A DNA stretch of 63,185 nucleotides, filler included, from Octopus bimaculoides (taxonomy: Eukaryota): the NCBI RefSeq assembly GCF_001194135.2. It is 5 parts of 5 records of this genome, joined end to end, with 100 filler letters (N's around TTAATTAATTAA, not from the genome) between each part and the next. Parts side by side here need not be neighbours in the genome. Positions count along the whole stretch, not along the records: positions 45,769 to 55,971 come from NW_026347234.1; positions 56,072 to 61,091 come from NC_068982.1; positions 61,192 to 63,185 come from NW_026416628.1; 2 more parts are not named here. One strand, given 5' to 3'. Positions 52,691 through 63,185 of this stretch are shown here, piece by piece (position 1 is the first letter of the stretch; each line of letters starts with the position of its first letter). A program made the position numbers and the translations under genes. The notes beneath the pieces were generated by a model. The model was not told the origin of the DNA, did no database searches, and worked only from the letters and a program-made list of their open reading frames with translations.

Positions 52691-53374
52691 TTACATTTAT
52701 TAATATTTTCTGTACTTATTACGCAGTTCTTAAGATTTCAACTCTCTGCTATTCATTTAACGTGTTCTTTCATTCTTTTCAGAAATCATCAGTATAATAT
52801 AACGTGCTTCGTATTAACTAAACATTTAACTAAGTCAGACATTTCATTTAAGATGCAAATAATTACAGCCAGGAGGAAAATTATAGAATCTGCTTTTGTT
52901 TCCTTGTCTTGTTAGAACATTAAGAAGGCAAGAGTCGAGAGAACAGACAGAAAGTTCTTAGTGTATTGTATATACACATAGAATAATAACCATCTCCAGA
53001 GAATTCTACGTTGTGTGAATATCTTATATTAACCAATAAATTCAGTTTTGGCTACATACAACTTCACAAACCAGTTTCTCATATATTCTTTGAGGTGTCG
53101 ACATTGGTCTCTAGCAGCTATTACGGACTTGTAACTCTTTGTTATGTCGAGGAATAGACATCGATTCAAAGACTACAACCCCAGAACAAACGTGAATAAA
53201 CTCCACCTGATAACTCTGGTATTCACAAAACGTTTCCCGATGTATTCTCTCGGGCGTCGACATTCCTTTCAAGCTGATATTCTATTAGTAAGAATCCTTT
53301 GTTATGGAGTGGAAACGGACATTTATTCATGGACATAATTTATAGTTTAACTTTTACTTCTCTCAATGATTTCA

Positions 53375-53558
53375 CCGCGCCCATTCTGGGGCACCGCCTT
53401 TCAAGAAGTTTTTTCTTTGTTTTTGTTCAATGAATCGATCTCAGTACACTGACTATTTATCAAATCTGGTACTTATTCAATCAGTCTCTGGTACTTATTC
53501 AATCAGTCTCTTTTGCCGAACCGCTAGCTTACGAACTCCGATTGTTAATACGGTGATG

Positions 53559-53601
<43 letters not shown>

Positions 53602-54148
53602 ATATATATATGTATATATGTGTATGTATATGTATATATATATATATATATACATATNNNNNNNNNNNNNNNNNNNNNNNNNNNNNNNNNNNNNNNNNNN
53701 NNNNNNNNNNNNNNNNNNNNNNNNNNNNNNNNNNNNNNNNNNNNNNNNNNNNNNNNNNNNNNNNNNNNNNNNNNNNNNNNNNNNNNNNNNNNNNNNNNNN
53801 NNNNNNNNNNNNNNNNNNNNNNNNNNNNNNNNNNNNNNNNNNNNNNNNNNNNNNNNNNNNNNNNNNNNNNNNNNNNNNNNNNNNNNNNNNNNNNNNNNNN
53901 NNNNNNNNNNNNNNNNNNNNNNNNNNNNNNNNNNNNNNNNNNNNNNNNNNNNNNNNNNNNNNNNNNNNNNNNNNNNNNNNNNNNNNNNNNNNNNNNNNNN
54001 NNNNNNNNNNNNNNNNNNNNNNNNNNNNNNNNNNNNNNNNNNNNNNNNNNNNNNNNNNNNNNNNNNNNNNNNNNNNNNNNNNNNNNNNNNNNNNNNNNNN
54101 NNNNNNNNNNNNNNNNNNNNNNNNNNNNNNNCAAACACATACATACAG

Positions 54149-54213
<65 letters not shown>

Positions 54214-54335
54214 CGACGGGTTTCTTCCAGTTTCCGTCTACCAAATCCACTCACAAGGCTTTGGTCGCAGTGGGACTGAACCCGGAACCATGTGGTTGGT
54301 AAGCAAGCTACTTACCACACAGCCACTCCTGCGCC
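53375..54335 (-). mobile_element. SINE family A spanning a gap
   Basis: Tail part 53375-53550 and head part 54213-54335. Confidence 0.7.
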
Positions 54336-54722
54336 TTATATATGTTACATTTGTATAACCACACTAAATCGTCACTTTATAATTTTCACATGTATATATG
54401 AAATCTACTTAGCAGTATATTTGTACGAGTGTGGATGGATATAAATAATGCGACGTCGCAGCTCGCATGCATATTTTGAGATACTCGCAAATTTATGCTA
54501 TAGAATACCGTTGCTGATGATAGCAATAAGTAATATGTTTTTTACTTTAAGCTTGAAACAGGATCTTCTACGCGGTTAACCGAGAGTTTTGGTTCATTTT
54601 CTTTCTTTTGGTAGCCTAAAATGCGATGGGTTATTCTCGGAGATTTTAAGGTGGTAATAGTATCTTTTGGCGTCTATTTCTACAGTGCATGGTGAGGCGT
54701 CTAGCTAATCCCTTGTTATAAT

Positions 54723-55125
54723 TCTCTCTTTTACTTGTTTCAGTCAATTGACTGCGGCCATGCTGGAGCGCCGCTTTTAGTCGAGCAAATCGACCCCCAG
54801 GATTTATTCTTTGTAAGCCTAGTACTTATTCTATCGGTCTCTTTTGCCGAACCGCTAAGTTACGGGGACGTAAACACACCAGCATCGGTTGTCAAGCGAT
54901 GTCGGGGAAACAAACAGAGACACACAAACACTCACACATACATACACACACATACATATATATACGACAGGCTTCTTTCAGTTTCCGTCTGTCACATCCA
55001 CTCACAAGGCTTGGTCGGCCTGTGGCTATAGTGGAAGACACTTGCCCAAGGTGCCACGCAGTGGGAATGAACCCGGAACCATGTGGCTGGTAAGCAAGCT
55101 ACTTACCACACAGCCACTCCTGCGC
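54723..55125 (-). mobile_element. SINE family A, full length
   Basis: Complete reverse copy. Confidence 0.9.
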
Positions 55126-55329
55126 CTTATATATGTTACATTTATATAACCACACTAAAATGTGGTGGGTTATTCTCGGAGATTTTAAGGTGGTAATAGT
55201 ATCTTTTGGCGTCTATTTCTACAGTGCATGGGGAGGCATATAGCTAACCCTTTGTTATAATTATGTATATAATTATAAAATATTTTGTAAAATTTAACAT
55301 TGAGGTTTTGATTTCCGCGCTGACAAACT

Positions 55330-55475
55330 GGTAAAATCATTAATGATTTTTACCCTTTACGACTTTACGTTCTAAGTTCATATTCCACGGAGGTCGATTT
55401 TGTCTTTCAATGTTTCAGGGTCGATAAAATAAGTACCAGTGAAGTACTGAGGGGGGGTTCGATGTAATCGAATTC
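55330..55475 (+). mobile_element. Degenerate SINE family B
   Basis: gaggtcgattttgtctttca...gggtcgataaaataagtaccag. Confidence 0.7.
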
Positions 55476-55668
55476 ACGTGTGCCCCTGCGTGTCCGCAAA
55501 CTAGGAAGAATTGTTATTTGCCACGTTTTGTAAATACTATGAAAACGTTTTGCCTGTCATGCATTGTCTGTGACAACATTCGGTGCGTTGATTGTACGAA
55601 GAGATGCAATCTGGAGGCAAATATACTTTAAAAATCACCATCACCATCATCATCATCATCACTATCAC

Positions 55669-55712
<44 letters not shown>

Positions 55713-55971
55713 CCAGCGACATGATCTTCATTGCTATTAATGTGAATGCTGCTGTTGTTGTTATTAATATTATTAATAATGATTATGCTATTATGATAAT
55801 TATTATTATTATTATTATTGTTATTATTATTAATTTTATTTGTATTGGAAATATCAATAAAAATTTTGATTTAATTAAGAATATTAATAAAATCTATACG
55901 AATTATAAAGAAAATCGATATAAGTAAATACACAGAATTACAACATAATACATACACATATATATATATGT

Positions 55972-56071
55972 NNNNNNNNNNNNNNNNNNNNNNNNNNNNN
56001 NNNNNNNNNNNNNNNTTAATTAATTAANNNNNNNNNNNNNNNNNNNNNNNNNNNNNNNNNNNNNNNNNNNN
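55972..56071. other. Artificial assembly join (N44-TTAATTAATTAA-N44)
   Basis: Same structure as 30463-30562. Confidence 0.95.
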
Positions 56072-56112
<41 letters not shown>

Positions 56113-57419
56113 GTTATTTACACCGTGTACAACAATATATGGACGAATATTTGCATATTTATTCCTAACATGTCTAAGGAGGCTCTGATGTAAATATACT
56201 AGTCGCTGTAGTGTCAAAACACCGGTGTCCCAAAAGGCTGTGCGAAAAAAGGGAGCACACTCTATAAGTTAGAACAGTAATATGTCTACATTAAATATAT
56301 GTCCGATCATAAAGTGGCGAAAGCTTTGTAGCCGTCTCGCGAGACACCAATCTTAAACTCAAGATACGATATCAATAGCCCCAGCTTCCATTTCAAACGC
56401 TACCTGCTGCAGGGGTGGATTCAACGTTCGTCGATCAGGGCGTTAAAATTATTTGCAAACCGGAACCAACATTAGATCGGAGATTCACCGTTCGCCCTTT
56501 ACGTCCATTTGCTGACTGGACCAGTCTACAGGCGATATCACGTCCCGTTTATGACTCAGACAATGTATATTATTCTTTTGTTTACAAATTAACTAACTGC
56601 ATCGGTTCTCTGTCTACAGTTTGAAGAGCGGTTAAATGCTAGCAGCCATTGGAGTCTGACAAGCTGTCTATAAAGCTAGTCACTTTGTGGATGCGAAACC
56701 ATTGGTCACTCTATGACCGGACATATTATTCAACTTCATATATCTATAGTGATGAGAAGGGCGTGCAATCCTCCGCCGCACAACTTCACTTATCCGCAAC
56801 TGGTGCAGTGACAAGGATGAGATACAAAATACAGCGATATGCCACGTCCATAATAAGAACCGCNNNNNNNNNNNNNNNNNNNNNNNNNNNNNNNNNNNNN
56901 NNNNNNNNNNNNNNNNNNNNNNNNNNNNNNNNNNNNNNNNNNNNNNNNNNNNNNNNNNNNNNNNNNNNNNNNNNNNNNNNNNNNNNNNNNNNNNNNNNNN
57001 NNNNNNNNNNNNNNNNNNNNNNNNNNNNNNNNNNNNNNNNNNNNNNNNNNNNNNNNNNNNNNNNNNNNNNNNNNNNNNNNNNNNNNNNNNNNNNNNNNNN
57101 NNNNNNNNNNNNNNNNNNNNNNNNNNNNNNNNNNNNNNNNNNNNNNNNNNNNNNNNNNNNNNNNNNNNNNNNNNNNTTACATTGTAAATTATACACATAT
57201 TATATTATGTTATATTATATTATATTATATTATATTATATTATATTATATTATACACATGTAAAGCTTGAAACACGTGTACCGCGGAATCCTTTGTAGTT
57301 TTGTTGTTATTTTTTGGATTTACAATTTATGTATACATATACATATGTGTGTGTGTGTGTAGGGGGGTGTATGTATGTACGTATGTATTTATGTATGTAT
57401 GTATGATTTATGTATGTAT

Positions 57420-57780
57420 GCCGCTGAGATCGGTACTGTCTTTCATCCTCTCGGGATGGATGGAATAAGCTTTAGTTGAGTACTGGAATCAATGTAATCA
57501 AAATACCGCTTCATCTAAAATCCCTAGACTTGTGCCAAAATTTTAAACAATAATAATTTATTAAAGGGCCTAGCAGAATCACAATAGTTTGGATAATTCT
57601 TTGCCGTTTTTATTCTGGGTCTTTACGTTCCTAGTTCAAATCCCGCTAGGACCAGGTTTGCCTTTCATTCTTTTGGAGCTGATAAGATAAACTACCAAGC
57701 ATGAACTCTAGTTCATATAATCGACTTTGTTCGCCTCTCCTCAAATTTGTTGCTTTGTGCCTCCTGTGTAAGAAATCAAT
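57420..57780 (+). mobile_element. Two old SINE family B remnants
   Basis: ctttcatcctctcggg... and cctttcattcttttggagctgataagataaactacc...aatcgact. Confidence 0.55.
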
Positions 57781-60700
57781 ATTCTTTATTTAATAATTCG
57801 ATGTCTTCTAAATCAATATAAAAATGTGTGAAGAGGATACACGAAAACAATTATATTGCAGTCCGCAAGTAAAAATCAAGAAATCGAATTTTGAAGTCAC
57901 AGCTGTGTTGTAGGATACAAAAAAAATTGTCGATAATGAAATATGTCGTCCCTCCTGGATCACTTATTTTGGCATAAGACAAAGAAAACCAAGTAGAGTG
58001 TTTTGAACACTCTACTCTCTAAACTATATAAACAGATTTGACTTAAACTAATTTACATACGAGAGCAGACAGTTTAATCAATTATAATAACTAGCATATA
58101 CTAAACTATACAAACACGTAAGCACATTATTAATACTGCAGGAGTCTATAAACAACACTACCATTTAAGTCAGTTGCAAACCGCAATCTACTAAATTACA
58201 ATATTAACATATTTGCAAATTCGGGTCCTTACTTGTCAGGTGCCTAACTTACTTACTAATTAGTTTTAATGATTTCTGAAGAATCAAAAGAATTTTATAT
58301 AGAGTGAATATATGGTGAGTATTTCCACTACAAACATGACCAAAACCTTCTGTCAGGTATGAATAATTTTGCCTGCGAAAGAGAATTAAGACGCCTTTAA
58401 TTCAACAATGAACTCGTTTTAATTAAGATTTGCGATAAAGACTATTCATTGCAGTCGGTTATGCATTGGAAGCATAGCATGTGCCAAACGATTGATTATC
58501 TACTGCACAAGTATGCGTCTACCCATTCAGTGCAGACAGAGACTACTCAACAACGCAATTAAACATTTTCATATCTATAATTAAGAATCATTTAAGAATA
58601 ATCAAGAAATTTATTGATCTACACAATTGATTATTGTACATTGAATACAAGACATAAATAATAAGATAAACCTTTTTGCTAATTATGCATTTCCACCGTG
58701 TGAGAGACGCATCTGGCAGTATAGAGTATAGTTACTTTTAATAACAGCATTTTCATAATGTTAGTCATGTGTACTATTAAGTAGGAGTCATTTGTGGCTA
58801 CAATTCATTACAATGACGTGTACAAACAGTGGTTTAGATAACAGAATAATATATCTTTGAATGCGTTTTACTGATAGAATTTGTTGAAAGAAACCGGGTG
58901 AATGTTTTAAAGAATGGACATGCGATATCGTAATAGTAATATTGTCGCTAGGAAAAGTATGTAAATCAAGGGAATCGAAGCATGTAGTAGTCTCGATTCG
59001 CCAGGACCGTATTAACTGGTTGTATAATCATTGAATTTTGGGCTATATATTTATAAAGTCTCACTATTAGAGTAACAGAAATTGCATATGTTGATGCGTG
59101 TAGTTTTCTCAATGAAATTGGCAGCGTGGTTTCACGGCTACTTTACAATCGTAAGTAAAAGTCTTTTGAAAAGGAGATTGATGCAACGATTTAACTGTTC
59201 GGATTACTAATCGGCTATCTCTTGCAATAAAAGCGCTCGCGTCGTCATTTTTCTTTCCTTTTCATTTGAAGCAGTTATTTGCATACTTGGTTGTGTGCAA
59301 CTTAGTGCATGTCAATATATGTTATGTATCTACACGTACTGTTGAATGTGTGTGGGTATATGATTTTTCTAGTACGGATATATTAAACGAAAAATCTAAG
59401 AAGTAAAGAATTGGGTATTAAAATATTTCCATGTAATATAAATAGTTAAAGAATTTGATGGGGAATATAATGTTTCTTCTGTTGGGTTATTACGTGTAGG
59501 CATTATATTTAATAATATCCCAAAGATCCAATTAGATAATGTTATTTTAATACAATTAAAGCCATTCTTTAACTTTGATCTATTCCTTGAGCATAATTTT
59601 TGCCGACGTAGACCATCACTATTTTCTATTGATATAATGCATACCTGACAATACTCACATCTCCAATGTTGCGAGGGCAGACGATTCTGTTAACTGCTAA
59701 AAAGTGAACACATATCATAAAAAATACACTTTCATCTTAGAATACTCCCAAACGCAGCAACTAACCAATTTGTGCGTAAAACAATAATGGGGATCTAAGT
59801 AAATTTTCTATTGCGAAAAGCGTAATTTATGGAGACAAAATTTGGTAATTTGAAGATAATGACAGATAATGTACATATTGCATGGGAAAAAGTTATAAAA
59901 CATTTAACGTCTCATATTTTACCGTACTTGTCTAAGAAATATCGATTTTCCCATTGTCCTTGTGAGCGTATATATTTTTCAGATGGGTAGATTTCCTGCA
60001 GAAATATATGTGAAGAGACTTTTCAGTTGAAGTGGAAACTCAGTACAGAAGATATTGCAACAAATTTCAAAATAACAAATTCTTAGAAAACAAGTGAGTA
60101 ATTGTGTTCAAAAAGTTTACTTTCGATAACGAAACATGTGTGTATTCCAAAAGTCTCTCTAGAATCGAATGCTATTCCAGTGAGCCGGATAGAGAGCGGC
60201 TGTATAGAACACGATAGGAAAGAAATTAACGGAGGAATTAATTTCTACTTCAATAAATGATTTGCTCCAAAGCAAACGAAATTAGAAGTGTGTATGGAAT
60301 ACGAAGAACTATATATCCAAGGTCATTAGATATTTAGATTTCCAAAATGAAAAAAAAAGGAGAATTTGGTTCTGTACCTGTTAGATATATTACGGGCACA
60401 GTACTATTACCGTTTGTGCTTTTAAAAATAATTTCGCAAATATGTTTTCAACAATAATTTCGCAAATATTTTTAACAATAATTTCGCAAATAAGTTAAAG
60501 TTTATTAATCTTTATTAACGTTTATTGGCGGGAAATATTATTGTATATATCCTTTAGTAATTATCAGAGAAAGTGTGACAGTATGCATGAAACCTGCAGC
60601 TCTTATACTTTTTGTAATTGTGTATTTGCACTGCCAGAATCAATGCTTCTTGGCATGGAACTCTTGTCTTCCTCTACAGCACAACACAACGCTTATACAG

Positions 60701-60912
60701 GAATTGAAACACAGTTTTACGATCAGGAGTGCAACGCTCTAACCACATTAGACATATTGACAGTTCTAAATAACTTATTTCACACATACGACAAAATCTA
60801 AAATAGAAACTGATGCACACTCCACTTTCCATCCCGGATGAACCTCTGTATATATATATATTGATAGAAATGGCAAGACACTAAAGAATGAAATAGAGGA
60901 ATTGATCTGTGA

Positions 60913-61091
60913 ATATAATATGTGACAATTATTCGGAAGCCATGATAAAGTCCGAGTTTTCGGATGTCGGGGCGGACACCCACGTGGCATCTCTTCAGTT
61001 ATTGTGCCATCGAAAAAAATGCTGGGTTTCCGCCCCGACATCCGAAACTCGGAGTTTAGCATGGCTACCGAATAATTGTCACATATTATAT
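60913..61091. repeat. Long hairpin: 68-bp inverted arms with a 42-nt loop
   Basis: 60913-60981 against the reverse complement of 61024-61091: 4 substitutions and 1 indel. Confidence 0.9.
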
Positions 61092-61191
61092 NNNNNNNNN
61101 NNNNNNNNNNNNNNNNNNNNNNNNNNNNNNNNNNNTTAATTAATTAANNNNNNNNNNNNNNNNNNNNNNNNNNNNNNNNNNNNNNNNNNNN
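61092..61191. other. Artificial assembly join (N44-TTAATTAATTAA-N44)
   Basis: Same structure as 30463-30562. Confidence 0.95.
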
Positions 61192-61445
61192 CTCACAGTT
61201 GAGGCATCATGGGTTCGAATCTAAGACCAGGTGATGTGTGTTTATAAACGAAACACCTAACCTAAGGTAATGTCGAATTTCTGCTGGCTCTTTTGCTACA
61301 ATTTTCTCTCACCCTTTCCTCTGGCATCTAGCAGCTCACCTGTGATGGACTGGCGTCTCGTCCAAGTGGGGAACCTATATGCCATTGAAACCAGGAAACC
61401 GGCCGTTATGAGCCAGACATGGCTCAAGAAGGAACAAACAACAAC
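61192..61445 (+). mobile_element. tRNA-derived SINE with V-domain-like core
   Basis: gggttcgaatc B box; cctgtgatggactggcgtctcgtcca; (CAA) tail. Confidence 0.6.
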
Positions 61446-61759
61446 AATCTTAACGGATACCTCTTACAGCCTCCTCACTCATAGGTTAAGGTCCTAGATA
61501 TAAAAATATTTTTTTCTTGGCAAAAATGAAAATTTTCTCTATACAATACTTTCATAAAATGCTGAGCAGTCACAGAGCTTAGCCTTTGTAGTCTTTTTCG
61601 AAAGATAATTTCACACTTAAAAAGGTACATCTAATGATTGTAGGTCAAAGTGACTTATATGAAACTGTTAGTTATATAATTTGCTTTTGTTCGTGTGATT
61701 GATGTAAAAACTAAATATTTTACTGAGTGCCTATGAAAAATTACTGATCATGTAGATTA

Positions 61760-61905
61760 GGCATGGCTCAGTGGTTGAGAATTTTGCTTCCCATTCACAA
61801 GATTTGGAGTTCATCTTGACTACTGCATGACACCTTGAGCAAATGTCTTCTCCTGTAACCCTGGGCCAACATGAGCCTTATGAGTGACTTTGGTAGAAGG
61901 TAAGT
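61760..61905 (+). mobile_element. Old SINE family A head
   Basis: gcatggctcagtggttgag...caccttgagcaaatgtcttct. Confidence 0.6.
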
Positions 61906-62934
61906 AGGAAAAGTGTACAAAGCCTGTTGTATATTTGTNNNNNNNNNNNNNNNNNNNNNNNNNNNNNNNNNNNNNNNNNNNNNNNNNNNNNNNNNNNNNN
62001 NNNNNNNNNNNNNNNNNNNNNNNNNNNNNNNNNNNNNNNNNNNNNNNNNNNNNNNNNNNNNNNNNNNNNNNNNNNNNNNNNNNNNNNNNNNNNNNNNNNN
62101 NNNNNNNNNNNNNNNNNNNNNNNNNNNNNNNNNNNNNNNNNNNNNNNNNNNNNNNNNNNNNNNNNNNNNNNNNNNNNNNNNNNNNNNNNNNNNNNNNNNN
62201 NNNNNNNNNNNNNNNNNNNNNNNNNNNNNNNNNNNNNNNNNNNNNNNNNNNNNNNNNNNNNNNNNNNNNNNNNNNNNNNNNNNNNNNNNNNNNNNNNNNN
62301 NNNNNNNNNNNNNNNNNNNNNNNNNNNNNNNNNNNNNNNNNNNNNNNNNNNNNNNNNNNNNNNNNNNNNNNNNNNNNNNNNNNNNNNNNNNNNNNNNNNN
62401 NNNNNNNNNNNNNNNNNNNNNNNNNNNNNNNNNNNNNNNNNNNNNNNNNNNNNNNNNNNNNNNNNNNNNNNNNNNNNNNNNNNNNNNNNNNNNNNNNNNN
62501 NNNNNNNNNNNNNNNNNNNNNNNNNNNNNNNNNNNNNNNNNNNNNNNNNNNNNNNNNNNNNNNNNNNNNNNNNNNNNNNNNNNNNNNNNNNNNNNNNNNN
62601 NNNNNNNNNNNNNNNNNNNNNNNNNNNNNNNNNNNNNNNNNNNNNNNNNNNNNNNNNNNNNNNNNNNNNNNNNNNNNNNNNNNNNNNNNNNNNNNNNNNN
62701 NNNNNNNNNNNNNNNNNNNNNNNNNNNNNNNNNNNNNNNNNNNNNNNNNNNNNNNNNNNNNNNNNNNNNNNNNNNNNNNNNNNNNNNNNNNNNNNNNNNN
62801 NNNNNNNNNNNNNNNNNNNNNNNNNNNNNNNNNNNNNNNNNNNNNNNNNNNNNNNNNNNNNNNNNNNNNNNNNNNNNNNNNNNNNNNNNNNNNNNNNNNN
62901 NNNNNNNNNNNNNNNNNNNNNNNNNNATATATAA

Positions 62935-63120
62935 ACCATCATCATCATAAGCATCATCAATTAACAGCCATGGTCCATGCTAGAATGGGTTAGACAGCTT
63001 GGCAGGAGCTGATGTATCCAAGAACTGCATTGTGTTTCAGAGTCTGCTTTGGTATGGTTTCTTCAGCTCGAAGCAACCACTTTACAGTGTGCAATGGCTG
63101 CATTCTTTGTAACACCATCA
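62935..63120 (-). mobile_element. Degenerate Nin-domain-like SINE
   Basis: (CAT)n then ccatgctagaatgggttagacag...ctttggtatggtttc...aaccactttacag; family assignment is from memory of similar repeats. Confidence 0.4.
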
Positions 63121-63185
63121 CTAATGAAGTCACCATACACCTTGAAATATACACACATACATACCTATATATATATATATATATA

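Noticed and set aside
52756-52840. Strong splice acceptor at 52782
   Set aside because: No convincing donor or ORF follows
56200-56863. GC-richer segment, possibly a PIF/Harbinger-like transposase relic
   Set aside because: No catalytic motif could be read in any frame

Overview
AT-rich, microsatellite-dense animal genomic DNA. The repeat families suggest a coleoid cephalopod, probably Octopus (inference, no search run). Four identical 100-bp joins (44 N + TTAATTAATTAA + 44 N) split the window into five assembly pieces: 1-30462, 30563-45668, 45769-55971, 56072-61091 and 61192-63185. Adjacency across these joins is unproven. Only one intact protein-coding region is supportable: a single-coding-exon, highly divergent class A GPCR (32446-33363, minus) with a Tyr/Asp-rich N-terminus and missing DRY/CWxP/NPxxY switches. 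The rest is decayed transposons (R4/Dong-like and RTE-like LINEs, a near full-length Penelope-like element, two hAT-like and one Tc1-like transposase, Helitron/Helentron-like elements, several tRNA-derived SINE families) plus simple repeats. The best lead is a hammerhead ribozyme (HHR) theme. A type I HHR with a complete catalytic core (34878-34967, minus) lies on the GPCR strand in its inferred 5'UTR intron. Two copies of a tRNA-headed SINE-like element carry an HHR tail, and several vestigial HHRs occur in other repeats. A promoter-like motif island abuts the GPCR 3' end. Most listed ORFs are artefacts of microsatellites or N gaps.
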